Below are positions 24,501 through 36,965 of a stretch of DNA of 64,000 nucleotides, piece after piece. Numbering within the stretch: the first letter of the stretch is position 1; every line of letters begins with the position of its first letter. The position numbers and the translations under genes are program-made. The notes under the pieces were generated by a model. It was not told the DNA's origin. It was given only the letters and a program-made list of their open reading frames with translations, and did no database searches. The DNA is from Macrostomum lignano. Its lineage: Eukaryota. The stretch lies in the NCBI GenBank assembly GCA_002269645.1, contig NIVC01001716.1:147434-211433 (forward strand). The letters are read 5' to 3'.

Positions 24501-27500
24501 CGTCTCTAGAACTAAGAGACGGCGTCCCCCACCAAGAGACAGCGTCCCCATCAAAGACACAGCGTCCCCATCAAAGACGCAGCGTCCCCAACCAAGAGAC
24601 AGCGTCCCCAACAAAACGACAGCGTCTTCGGAACTAAGATGCAGCGTCCCTATCCAAGAGACAGCGTCCCTAGAACTAAGAGACGGCGTCCCCAACCAAG
24701 AGACAGCGTCCCTATCCAAGAGACAGCGTCCCTAGAACTAAGAGACGGCGTCCCCAACCTAGAGACAGCGTCCCCAACAAAACGACAGCGTCTCCAGAAC
24801 TAAGATGCAGCGTCCCTATCCAAGAGACAGCGTCTCCAACCAAGAGACAGCGTTCCCAACAAAACGACAGCGTCTCCGGAACTAAGAGACGGCGTCCCTA
24901 GAACTAAGAGACGGCGTCCCCAACCAAGAGACAGCGTCCCCATCAAAGACACAGCGTCCCCAACCAAGAGACAGTGTCCCGAACCCAGAGACAGCGTCCC
25001 CAACAAAACGACAGCGTCTCCGGAACTTAGATGCAGCGTCCCTATCCAAGAGACAGCGTCTCCAACCAAGAGACAGCGTCCCCAACAAAACGACAGCGTC
25101 TCCGGAACTTAGATGCAGCGTCCCTATCCAAGAGACAGCGTCCCTAGAACTAATAGACGGCGTCCCTAGAACTAAGAGACAGCGTCCCATCAAAGAGACA
25201 GCGTCCCCAACCAAGAAACAGCGTCCCTAGAACTAAGAGACGGCGTCCCCCACCAAGAGACAGCGTCCTCATCAAAGACACAGCGTCCCCAACCAAGAGA
25301 CAGCGTCCCCAACAAAACGACAGCGTCTCCAGAACTAGGATGCAGCGTCCCTATCCAAGAGACAGCGTCCCTAGAACTAAGAGACGGCGTCCCCAACCAA
25401 GAGACAGCGTCCCTAGAACTAAGAGACGGCGTCCTCAACAAAACGACAGCGTCTTCGGAACTAAGATGCAGCGTCCCTATCCAAGAGACAGCGTCCCTAG
25501 AACTAAGAGACGGCGTCCTCAACCCAGAGACAGCGTCCCCAAAAAAACGACAGCGTCTCCAGAACTAAGATGCAGCGTCCCTATCCAAGAGACAACGTCC
25601 CAAACCAAAAAAAGCGTCCCCAGAACTTAGAGACCGCGTCCCTAACCAAGAGACAGCGTCCCCAACAAAACGACAGCGTCTCCAGAACTAAGATGCAGCG
25701 TCCCTATCCAAGAGACAACGTCCCTAGAACTAAGAGACGGCGTCCCCAACCAAGAGACAGCGTCCCCAACAAAACCACAGCGTCTCCAGAACTAAGATGC
25801 AGTGTCCCTATCCAAGAGACAGCGTCCCTAGAACCAAGAGACAGCGTCCCCAACAAAACGACAGCGTCTCCAGAACTAAGATGCAGCGTCCCTATCCAAG
25901 AGACAACGTCCCTAGAACTAAGAGACGGCGTCCCCAACCAAGAGACAGCGTCCCCAACAAAACCACAGCGTCTCCAGAACTAAGATGCAGTGTCCCTATC
26001 CAAGAGACAGCGTCCCTAGAACTAAGAGACAGCGTCCCCAACCAAGAGACAGCGTCCCTATCCAAGAGACAGCGTCCCTAGAACTAAGAGACGGCGTCCC
26101 CAACCAAGAGACAGCGTCTCTAGAACTAAGAGACGCGTCCCCACCAAGAGACAGCGTCCCCATCAAAGACACAGCGTCCCCAACCAAGAGACAGCGTCCC
26201 CAACAAAACGACAGCGTCTCCAGAACTAAGACGCAGCGTCCCTATCCAAGAGACAGCGTCCCTAGAACTAAGAGACGGCCTCCCTAGAACTAAGAGACGG
26301 CGTCCCCAACCAAGAGACAGCGTCCCCATCAAAGACACAGCGTCCCCAACCAAGATACAGCGTCCCTAGAACTAAGAGCGTCCTTAATTAAGAGACAGCG
26401 TCCCAACCAAGAGACAGCGTCCCCAACAAAACGACAGCGTCTCCGGAACTAAGAGACGCGTCCCTAGAACTAAGAGACAGCGTCCCATCCAAGAGACAGC
26501 GTCCCAACCAAGAAACAGCGTCCCCAAACTAAGAGACGGCGTCCCCAACTAAGAGACAGCGTCTCTAGAACTAAGAGACAGCGTCCCATCAAAGACACAG
26601 CGTCCCCAACCAAGAGACAGCGTCCCCAACAAAACGACAGCGTCTCCAGAACTAAGAGACAGCGTCCCTATCAAGAGACAGCGTCCCTAGAACTAAGAGA
26701 CAGCGTCCCCAATCAAGAGACAGCGTCCCTAGAACTAAGAGACGGCGTCCCCAACAAAACGACAGCGTCTTCGGAACTAAGATGCAGCGTCCTTATCCAA
26801 GAGACAGCGTCCCTATCCAAGAGACAGCGTCCCTAGAACAAAGTGACGGCGTCCCCAACCAAGAGACAGCGTCTCTAGAACTAAGAGACGGCGTCCCTAG
26901 AACTAAGAGACAGCGTCCCCATCAAAGAGACAGCGTCCCCAACCAAGAAACAGCGTCCCTAGAACTAAGAGACGGCGTCCCCAACCAAGAGACAGCGTCT
27001 CTAGAACTAAGAGACGGCGTCCCCAACCTAGAGACAGCGTCCCCAACAAAACGACAGCGTCTCCAGAACTAAGATGCAGCGTCCCTATCCAAGAGACGGC
27101 GTCCCCAACCAAGAGACAGCGTCCCCATCAAAGACACAGCGTCCCCAACCAAGAGACAGTGTCCCGAACCCAGAGACAGCGTCCCCAACAAAACGACAGC
27201 GTCTCCGGAACTTAGATGCAGCGTCCCTATCCAAGAGACAGCGTCTCCAACCAAGAGACAGCGTCCCCAACAAAACGACAGCGTCTCCGGAACTTAGATG
27301 CAGCGTCCCTATCCAAGAGACAGCGTCCCTAGAACTAATAGACGGCGTCCCTAGAACTAAGAGACAGCGTCCCCATCAAAGAGACAGCGTCCCCAACCAA
27401 GAAACAGCGTCCCTAGAACTAAGAGACGGCGTCCCCCACCAAGAGACAGCGTCCTCATCAAAGACACAGCGTCCCCAACCAAGAGACAGCGTCCCCAACA

Positions 27501-30500
27501 AAACGACAGCGTCTCCAGAACTAGGATGCAGCGTCCCTATCCAAGAGACAGCGTCCCTAGAACTAAGAGACGGCGTCCCCAACCAAGAGACAGCGTCCCT
27601 AGAACTAAGAGACGGCGTCCCCAACAAAACGACAGCGTCTTCGGAACTAAGATGCAGCGTCCCTATTTAAGAGACAGCGTCCCTAGAACTAAGAGACGGC
27701 GTCCTCAACCCAGAGACAGCGTCCCCAAAAAAACGACAGCGTCTCCAGAACTAAGATGCAGCGTCCCTATCCAAGAGACAACGTCCCAAACCAAAAAAAA
27801 AGCGTCCCCAGAACTTAGAGACCGCGTCCCTAACCAAGAGACAGCGTCCCCAACAAAACGACAGCGTCTCCAGAACTAAGATGCAGCGTCCCTATCCAAG
27901 AGACAACGTCCCTAGAACTAAGAGACGGCGTCCCCAACCAAGAGACAGCGTCCCCAACAAAACCACAGCGTCTCCAGAACTAAGATGCAGTGTCCCTATC
28001 CAAGAGACAGCGTCCCTAGAACCAAGAGACAGCGTCCCCAACAAAACGACAGCGTCTCCAGAACTAAGATGCAGCGTCCCTATCCAAGAGACAACGTCCC
28101 TAGAACTAAGAGACGGCGTCCCCAACCAAGAGACAGCGTCCCCAACAAAACCACAGCGTCTCCAGAACTAAGATGCAGTGTCCCTATCCAAGAGACAGCG
28201 TCCCTAGAACTAAGAGACGGCGTCCCCAACCAAGAGACAGCGTCCCTATCCAAGAGACAGCGTCCCGAGAACTTAGAGACGGCGTCCCCAACCAGAGACA
28301 GCGTCCCCAACAAAACCACAGCGTCTCCAGAACTAAGATGCAGTGTCCCTATCCAAGAGACAGCGTCCCTAGAACTAAGAGACGGCGTCCCCAACCAAGA
28401 GACAGCGTCTCTAGAACTAAGAGACGGCGTCCCCCACCAAGAGACAGCGTCCCCATCAAAGACACAGCGTCCCCAACCAAGAGACAGCGTCCCCAACAAA
28501 ACGACAGCGTCTCCAGAACTAAGATGCAGCGTCCCTATCCAAGAGACAGCGTCCCTAGAACTAATAGACGGCCTCCCTAGAACTAAGAGACGGCGTCCCC
28601 AACCAAGAGACAGCGTCCCCATCAAAGACACAGCGTCCCCAACCAAGATACAGCGTCCCTAGAACTAAGAGACGGCGTCCTTAATTAAGAGACAGCGTCC
28701 CCAACCAAGAGACAGTGTCCCGAACCCAGAGACAGCGTCCCCAACAAAACGACAGCGTCTCCGGAACTTAGATGCAGCGTCCCTATCCAAGAGACAGCGT
28801 CTCCAACCAAGAGACAGCGTCCCCAACAAAACGACAGCGTCTCCGGAACTAAGAGACGGCGTCCCTAGAACTAAGAGACAGCGTCCCCATCAAAGAGACA
28901 GCGTCCCCAACCAAGAAACAGCGTCCCTAGAACTAAGAGACGGCGTCCCCAACAAGAGACAGCGTCTCTAGAACTAAGAGACAGCGTCTCCATCAAAGAC
29001 ACAGCGTCCCCAACCAAGAGACAGCGTCCCCAACAAAACGACAGCGTCTCCAGAACTAAGATGCAGCGTCCCTATCCAAGAGACAGCGTCCCTAGAACTA
29101 AGAGACGGCGTCCCCAATCAAGAGACAGCGTCCCTAGAACTAAGAGACGGCGTCCCCAACAAAACGACAGCGTCTTCGGAACTAAGATGCAGCGTCCTTA
29201 TCCAAGAGACAGCGTCCCTATCCAAGAGACAGCGTCCCTAGAACAAAGTGACGGCGTCCCCAACCAAGAGACAGCGTCTCTAGAACTAAGAGACGGCGTC
29301 CCTAGAACTAAGAGACAGCGTCCCCATCAAAGAGACAGCGTCCCCAACCAAGAAACAGCGTCCCTAGAACTAAGAGACGGCGTCCCCAACCAAGAGACAG
29401 CGTCTCTAGAACTAAGAGACGGCGTCCCCAACCTAGAGACAGCGTCCTTAACAAAACGACAGCGTCTCCAGAACTAAGATGCAGCGTCCCTATCCAAGAG
29501 ACGGCGTCCCCAACCAAGAGACAGCGTCCCCATCAAAGACACAGCGTCCCCAACCAAGAGACAGCGTCCCCAACAAAACGACAGCGTCTCCGGAACTTAG
29601 ATGCAGCGTCCCTATCCAAGAGACAGCGTCTCCAACCAAGAGACAGCGTCCCCAACAAAACGACAGCGTCTCCGGAACTTAGATGCAGCGTCCCTATCCA
29701 AGAGACAGCGTCCCTAGAACTAATAGACGGCGTCCCTAGAACTAAGAGACAGCGTCCCCATCAAAGAGACAGCGTCCCCAACCAAGAAACAGCGTCCCTA
29801 GAACTAAGAGACGGCGTCCCCCACCAAGAGACAGCGTCCTCATCAAAGACACAGCGTCCCCAACCAAGAGACAGCGTCCCCAACAAAACGACAGCGTCTC
29901 CAGAACTAGGATGCAGCGTCCCTATCCAAGAGACAGCGTCCCTAGAACTAAGAGACGGCGTCCCCAACCAAGAGACAGCGTCCCTAGAACTAAGAGACGG
30001 CGTCCCCAACAAAACGACAGCGTCTTCGGAACTAAGATGCAGCGTCCCTATCCAAGAGACAGCGTCCCTAGAACTAAGAGACGGCGTCCTCAACCCAGAG
30101 ACAGCGTCCCCAAAAAAACGACAGCGTCTCCAGAACTAAGATGCAGCGTCCCTATCCAAGAGACAACGTCCCAAACCAAAAAAAAGCGTCCCCAGAACTT
30201 AGAGACCGCGTCCCTAACCAAGAGACAGCGTCCCCAACAAAACGACAGCGTCTCCAGAACTAAGATGCAGCGTCCCTATCCAAGAGACAACGTCCCTAGA
30301 ACTAAGAGACGGCGTCCCCAACCAAGAGACAGCGTCCCCAACAAAACCACAGCGTCTCCAGAACTAAGATGCAGTGTCCCTATCCAAGAGACAGCGTCCC
30401 TAGAACCAAGAGACAGCGTCCCCAACAAAACGACAGCGTCTCCAGAACTAAGATGCAGCGTCCCTATCCAAGAGACAACGTCCCTAGAACTAAGAGACGG

Positions 30501-32600
30501 CGTCCCCAACCAAGAGACAGCGTCCCAACAAAACCACAGCGTCTCCAGAACTAAGATGCAGTGTCCCTATCCAAGAGACAGCGTCCCTAGAACTAAGAGA
30601 CGGCGTCCCCAACCAAGAGACAGCGTCCCTATCCAAGAGACAGCGTCCCGAGAACTTAGAGACGGCGTCCCCAACCCAGAGACAGCGTCCCCAACAAAAC
30701 CACAGCGTCTCCAGAACTAAGATGCAGTGTCCCTATCCAAGAGACAGCGTCCCTAGAACTAAGAGACGGCGTCCCCAACCAAGAGACAGCGTCTCTAGAA
30801 CTAAGAGACGGCGTCCCCCACCAAGAGACAGCGTCCCCATCAAAGACACAGCGTCCCCAACCAAGAGACAGCGTCCCCAACAAAACGACAGCGTCTCCAG
30901 AACTAAGATGCAGCGTCCCTATCCAAGAGACAGCGTCCCTAGAACTAATAGACGGCCTCCCTAGAACTAAGAGACGGCGTCCCCAACCAAGAGACAGCGT
31001 CCCCATCAAAGACACAGCGTCCCCAACCAAGATACAGCGTCCCTAGAACTAAGAGACGGCGTCCTTAATTAAGAGACAGCGTCCCCAACCAAGAGACAGT
31101 GTCCCGAACCCAGAGACAGCGTCCCCAACAAAACGACAGCGTCTCCGGAACTTAGATGCAGCGTCCCTATCCAAGAGACAGCGTCTCCAACCAAGAGACA
31201 GCGTCCCCAACAAAACGACAGCGTCTCCGGAACTAAGAGACGGCGTCCCTAGAACTAAGAGACAGCGTCCCCATCAAAGAGACAGCGTCCCCAACCAAGA
31301 AACAGCGTCCCTAGAACTAAGAGACGGCGTCCCCAACCAAGAGACAGCGTCTCTAGAACTAAGAGACAGCGTCTCCATCAAAGACACAGCGTCCCCAACC
31401 AAGAGACAGCGTCCCCAACAAAACGACAGCGTCTCCAGAACTAAGATGCAGCGTCCCTATCCAAGAGACAGCGTCCCTAGAACTAAGAGACGGCGTCCCC
31501 AATCAAGAGACAGCGTCCCTAGAACTAAGAGACGGCGTCCCCAACAAAACGACAGCGTCTTCGGAACTAAGATGCAGCGTCCTTATCCAAGAGACAGCGT
31601 CCCTATCCAAGAGACAGCGTCCCTAGAACAAAGTGACGGCGTCCCCAACCAAGAGACAGCGTCTCTAGAACTAAGAGACGGCGTCCCTAGAACTAAGAGA
31701 CAGCGTCCCCATCAAAGAGACAGCGTCCCCAACCAAGAAACAGCGTCCCTAGAACTAAGAGACGGCGTCCCCAACCAAGAGACAGCGTCTCTAGAACTAA
31801 GAGACGGCGTCCCCCACCAAGAGACAGCGTCCCCATCAAAGACGCAGCGTCCCCAACCAAGAGACAGCGTCCCCAACAAAACCACAGCGTCTCCAGAACT
31901 AAGATGCAGCGTCCCTATCCAAGAGACAGCGTCCCTAGAACTAAGAGACGGCGTCCCCAACAAAGTGACACCGTCCCCAGAACCAAGAGACACCGTGTCG
32001 AACCAAGCGACAGCGTCCCAAACCAAGAGAGCGCGTCCTTGAAACCAAGAGACAGCGTCACGAACAAGGAGACAGCCTTTCCAAAACCAAGAGACAGTGT
32101 CCCCCGAAGTAAGAGACGGCGTCCCCAATTAAGAGACAGCGTCCACAACCAAGAGACAGAGTCCTGAACCAAAAGACAGGGTTCCCAACAAAACGACAGC
32201 GTCTCCGGAACTAAGATGCAGCGTCCCTATCCAAGAGACAACGTCCCTAGAACTAAGAGACGGCGTCCTCAACTAAGAGAGCGTCCCCGGAACTAAGATG
32301 CAGCTTCCCCAACAAAGAGACAGCGTCCCCAAAAAGAGACATAATCGCAAACCAACAGAGAGCGTCCTTGGAACCAAGAGACAGCGTTTTCAGGACTTAG
32401 CTACAGCGTCTCCGACACAGAGACAGCGTCCCGAACCAAAAGAAAGCGTCCCCAGAACTAAGATATGGCGTCACCAACAAAGAGACAGCCTCCCCAAAAA
32501 AGATACACCGTCCCCAGAACAAAGAGATCGCGTCCCCAACCAAGAGACAGCGTCCCCATCAAAGAGACGGCGTACCGAACAAAGAGTTAACCACGAGACA
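21520..32600 (+). repeat. 11-kb modular satellite: ~17-22-bp modules with core GAC(A/G)GCGTC and a small set of linkers (CCCAACCAAGA, CCTAGAACTAAGA, CCCAACAAAAC, CCTATCCAAGA, CCCATCAAA), higher-order period ~2.4 kb
   Basis: Direct reading. Identical ORF starts recur at 24287/29061/31446 and 25340/27526/29911. Confidence 0.97.
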
Positions 32601-32684
32601 GAGTTTCCTAGAGAAAACTTGGTGGAAAACGCTTTTGCCTGGATTGCGAATGCATTCTTTTGGTTAGTGAAGTTGTCTGTTGGT

Positions 32685-32925
32685 TGGGGACGCTTTCTTC
32701 TTGGGTACGCTATTTCTGTGCTTTTTTGAGAAAGCGGCCTACTAGTTGGGGATGATGTCACATGGTTAGGGACGGTGCGCTGTCTCTTGATTCTGGACGC
32801 TGTCTCTTTGTTCTGGGGATTGATTGCACCTTTTGCTTGGGGACGCTGTCTCTTGGTTCGGGGGACGCAGTCTTTTGCTTCCGGGACGCTGTCTTTTGGG
32901 TAGGGACGGTGCATCTTTGTTGGGG
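32685..32925 (-). repeat. Inverted, degenerate copies of the 21.5-32.6 kb array module
   Basis: GGGACGCTGTCTCTTGG-type units are the reverse complement of CCAAGAGACAGCGTCCC. Confidence 0.85.
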
Positions 32926-33759
32926 AGGTGTTCTCTTGGTTGGAGCAACTGGAACAACAACTGCAGAGTTAATCCTTTTTTCGGTTGCTTTTGCAACGGG
33001 AAATGCCTTTAGTAAACAGTAGTCATATATTCTAATGGGCCGGTATCTGACCTTTTTTGAAAAACGCCTGGAAGCAGGAAAAAGCGGTCTATGCGTTCTC
33101 AATTGGCGAAAACTTTTGTCCTGCAAGATCGATTTTGCGCTATTCCTTTGCTTACGGACCATAGCGCTAGATCATAGAAGGTCTCGACTAACTAAACACC
33201 TACCCCATTCCCTGGTGTGGCGTTCAGCCTCGACCCAACTAGCTTTGGAGATGACCTATGAGGTTGAAATGCATCGGGATTAAAGAGCTATTGACCCTTT
33301 GGTATTTTACCCCAAATTATTTCACATCGGTTGCCACTATGATAGAAAAGAAATGGAAACAAAGACAGTTTAGTCTTTCTGTGTGAAGTAAAAAATAGGT
33401 TATAGGGCACCTGGCCAAAGATATATTTAAAGTTTTATAAATTAGAGAAAAGAGGCAAGAGGCAGCAGACGAGGAAGACAGAGATAAGCAAAGAGACGCT
33501 AAGAGACGCGAAGTAGCAGCCAATCAGAGGAAGGAATTTTAAGAGAACAGACTAACAAACGCACAGAAACGAAAAAATGAGAAAGATGAGAAGTGCAAGA
33601 ATGGACAAGAGAGATTCATGGAAGTTAAAAAAGGTGGCAGATGCGCGGCCCTGAAATCTCGTTTTTGGAAAGAAGAAAACCGCGTTACATTAAAAAAACG
33701 TTCTGCCTCAAAGCAAATGCTTAAACAGTTATGGCATTAAAATAATACATGCTAGGGTA

Positions 33760-34578
33760 TTAAAAAATCAGAGCATAAGCCGGGAGTACCTGTTCACTTC
33801 TGAATACAGCGTATTCAGCGAACGCAAATCCTGGACGATTTGGCGTTACTTGCTGCCCGTGCACCGAGTCAACTCCAAGCTGACGCATCTGGGCAGCGTC
33901 CAGGTTACGATCCTCTCGGTTCCGCGACAAAACTTTGCCCAGTCGGACCCGGCAGGCGACGATGCATTTTTCTGCATCGCTGCAGTATCTTATTGCCTTG
34001 GCAGCAGAGTCGGTTAGATAGATGGCTTTACCAAATGTCCCCTGCTTGTTCCCAATTTTAAAGCCGGTTTGAAAAATTCGTTCTGCATTCTGGCATGTTG
34101 TGCCGTGAAACAGAAGCACTGGTGCTGAATCGCCCAGCAGCTGAAATTTGACCAGCCGGAAGTTCGTCAGGAGCTGCTTATTCCTCTGCATGTATGCTCG
34201 ACGGAGTTCGATTTTTATTTTGTTAGACTTTAAATTGTCTGCTACCCTGGAGAGAAGGGGCTGCAAAAGGGGATCGTCCAGATCCATTTCCTTGGTCGAT
34301 TGGCTGTGCTTGCAGGAGTTACCGGAAAGTTCACCAATGTTCATAGGATCGTTATCGCAGTCGTCTTCCTCTCCTTCCTTGAGAATCTCATCCGGACAAA
34401 AAAGCGTTTTCGACTCTTTCAGCTTAAAGCATCTCTTCCTTAACGCATCAGGTGACGATTCGATTCCAGTTAGCTGTATAAATTCATCATTAACCAGTTT
34501 CCAGGCCACTATCGGGACCATTTTAGTGTGCTTCCTCTGAAGATTCTTCAGGATGCTATCAGTATGTGATGACGACAT
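33760..34578 (-). CDS. Intronless 272-aa protein: N-terminal Myb/SANT-like helix-turn-helix plus C-terminal PARP-type ADP-ribosyltransferase domain (H-Y-E)
   Basis: ATG-to-stop ORF. LLFHGT...TGF...GTFGKAIYLT...KAIRY...CRVRLG...DSVHG...EYAVF..EQVLPAY is the PARP catalytic fold pattern. The N-terminal WKLVNDEF..LTG..SSPDALRKRCFKLK resembles Myb/SANT/MADF domains (weaker call). Confidence 0.85.
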   Translation of the reverse strand: MSSSHTDSILKNLQRKHTKMVPIVAWKLVNDEFIQLTGIESSPDALRKRCFKLKESKTLFCPDEILKEGEEDDCDNDPMNIGELSGNSCKHSQSTKEMDLDDPLLQPLLSRVADNLKSNKIKIELRRAYMQRNKQLLTNFRLVKFQLLGDSAPVLLFHGTTCQNAERIFQTGFKIGNKQGTFGKAIYLTDSAAKAIRYCSDAEKCIVACRVRLGKVLSRNREDRNLDAAQMRQLGVDSVHGQQVTPNRPGFAFAEYAVFRSEQVLPAYALIF

Positions 34579-34899
34579 GGTCTCCTCTTTGTTTTCGGCA
34601 GCCGGACGTTTTGCGGTAAGAAAGAAATGACTTTTTCGCTAATGAGAATAAAGAAATTAAATGGATTGCTAATCTGAGACATTTTTTTACTTCCGCTTTC
34701 CACTAGAGAATTTGACCCCCAGTATGTGCCACAGACTTAGTAAAACAAAGTAACCTTTGATGAAAATCCCTCTTGACATAATATACTTAGCTGCAGAAAG
34801 AGCTCTCGACGGAGCGGAGCGGGATGGCAATAACGCTAACCCCATACGATCAGCCGAAGCTGAGTAGTAAAAATCCCTCGAAATCCATAAGTTCTTACG

Positions 34900-35195
34900 C
34901 GTGGATAGGGACGCTGTGAATGCCCTATCTCTCTTTTAGCTGGGACGCTATCTCTTGGTTCCTGATTCCGGGTACGCTGTCTTCTGGTTGGGGACGCTGT
35001 CTCTTGATTGGGGACGCTGTCTCTTGGTTGGGGACGCTGTCTCTTGGTTCCGGAGACGCTGTCTCTTGGTTCCGGGGACGCTGTCTCTTGGTTCCGGGGA
35101 CGGTGTCTCTTCGTTCCCGGCACGCTGTCTCTTGATTGGGGACGCTGTCTCTTGGTTCCGGCGACGGTGTCTCTTTGTGTCTCTTGGTGTCTCTT
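34900..35195 (-). repeat. Second block of inverted array modules, upstream of the PARP-like ORF
   Basis: About 13 copies of GGGACGCTGTCTCTTGG(TT)-type units. Confidence 0.9.
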
Positions 35196-35329
35196 GGCTC
35201 AAATTTACTTTTGAGTTGTAGGACTCTATTGTGCTGGCGTTCTGTGGCTGTTTGATTTGCAATTTTAATTTTTTGCGTTTAAAAGAATGATGGATGATCC
35301 AAGGCCGCAGTTGGCACACTTGAAGCCCG

Positions 35330-36965
35330 TGTCAGGAAAGCCTCTATGTTCGCTGCGCAGCGAGCCAATAGGATTCCCCGACGTACGCTCGTAATAAATG
35401 TGGCTCTGGACAACGGAGTTTTTGTCGTCTTTTTGTCTTGAAGGCCACCCAAGCAAATCCGCCGCTGCGCCGCCGGAGGTCCTCTTCCACGTGTAGCACC
35501 AGACCGCCGAGGTAGGTGAACCGCTGGCAGCGTGCGAGCTTGGTCGTCTGCCCGTCTGCGCCGCGGCACGTCAGGATGTCGGCTGGCACAGGCAGCACCT
35601 CGGTCTTCAGCGTGTTGACAACCAGACCGACGCTCGATGCCACCTCAACCAGCTTGTCGATCTGGCGCTGGGCGCCTTCAACGGACGAGGACCGGAGGGT
35701 GAGCAGTTTTTGTCGTGGCGGCGATGGATGCGTCTGCGCAGCAGGAAGCCGTCGTCAGCCGAGGGGAGTGCTATCCAAAGTACCCAGTCCAGCAGCAGCA
35801 CGAAGAGGAACGGCGCCAGCGTGTCGCCCTGAAGAACTCGAGTATCGCAATACAGCGACATGACAGCGCCAATTAGCTGCTGCGGGACCCGGTAGGCTCG
35901 AAGGATGAAGGCAAGCGCGGCCCTCTACACCGAGTTAAACGCCTTTCGAAAGGCAACGAAGACAATGATCAGCATAGACTAGCGGATGCGCGCCTCCTCG
36001 ACGACACGGCGGAGTGCGAGGATCTGTATCACAGCAGGCCGGAATTCGTTCTGCTCGTATTGCAGGTACGGGTCCAGCACTGATTGCAGAAGATCGAGCA
36101 GCAGCCGGTTGAAGAGCTTCGCGGTGCAGGACATCAGTGGGATCCCGCGGTGTTCTTCTTTTCGCGTTGTCCCTGCCTTTTTCGGGATCGGCACGATGAG
36201 CACGACGGCCCACTCGGTGGGCGCAAGAGCGCCGGAGAGCACACTGTTCATGACGCCTGTGACCTGGGAGGCCACACAGCGTAGCCGCAGCGCTTCGACT
36301 GGGACTTCGTTGGGGCCGAGCGCCTTGCCGCCTGGTGATTGCCGAGCGAACAGCACAACGTCCTCCGTGGTGACTGGGCTGGTGCAGGAGTCCTCCTTAG
36401 CTGGGAGCGGCGTGTCCAGTAGGAGCGCAAAGCTGAAGGGCAGCGGCAACGCGGGCGCATTCACGATGTCGGCGAAGAAGTCACGCCATTCATTCCTGCG
36501 CTTCTCCGGGGTGTCACCGGCCAGGTTCAGCGCCACACGCTTTTAGCGCCCCATCAGAGTCCGGACGGCCGTTCACACTGCGCGGCTCTTCACGTCGCGG
36601 CCGGCTGCAGTGATGGTGATGGCTGCAGTGATGGCTGCAATAATGCGCTCGCAAGTGCAAACCAGCGCATGACAGAGTTGCGCCAGTCTCCTCGTGGCGT
36701 TGCACCCGCCTGCGTTCTGCCGCCTTCTCTTGCAGCCCGCAAAGGTGACCAGGCGGGCGGGGGGCTTGCGGAACTTGCCGGGGGCTTGCCGGTGAAGCAG
36801 ATCCTCCAGTGCATTATTTTTTGTCGTTCTCGCGTCGCGCGACAAAGGGCGAGCGCTCGGACCTCCGTGGGACTGCGTTCAGGTCTTCGAGGACCGCCAG
36901 CGTGTCACAGTTTGGCACCTCTTCCAGCTGCCCAGCCAGGAAGTCGAAGAACTGGTTGAAACGGA
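35330..36965 (-). mobile_element. RTE-clade LINE relic (APE endonuclease remnant + reverse transcriptase), degenerate
   Basis: FFDFLAGQLEEVPNCDTLAVLEDLNA (endonuclease); PIPKK..RGIPLMSCTAKLFNRLLL, VLQGDTLAPFLF, VNTLKTEV, FTYLGG (RT). Confidence 0.88.

Noticed and set aside
21520-32600. CRISPR-like alternation of a constant palindromic core and variable spacers; also dozens of RDSVP/QRP-repeat ORFs
   Set aside because: Linkers are only ~6-13 nt and recur hundreds of times, there are no cas genes and the context is eukaryotic. The ORFs switch frame and hit TAA in GAACTAAG constantly.
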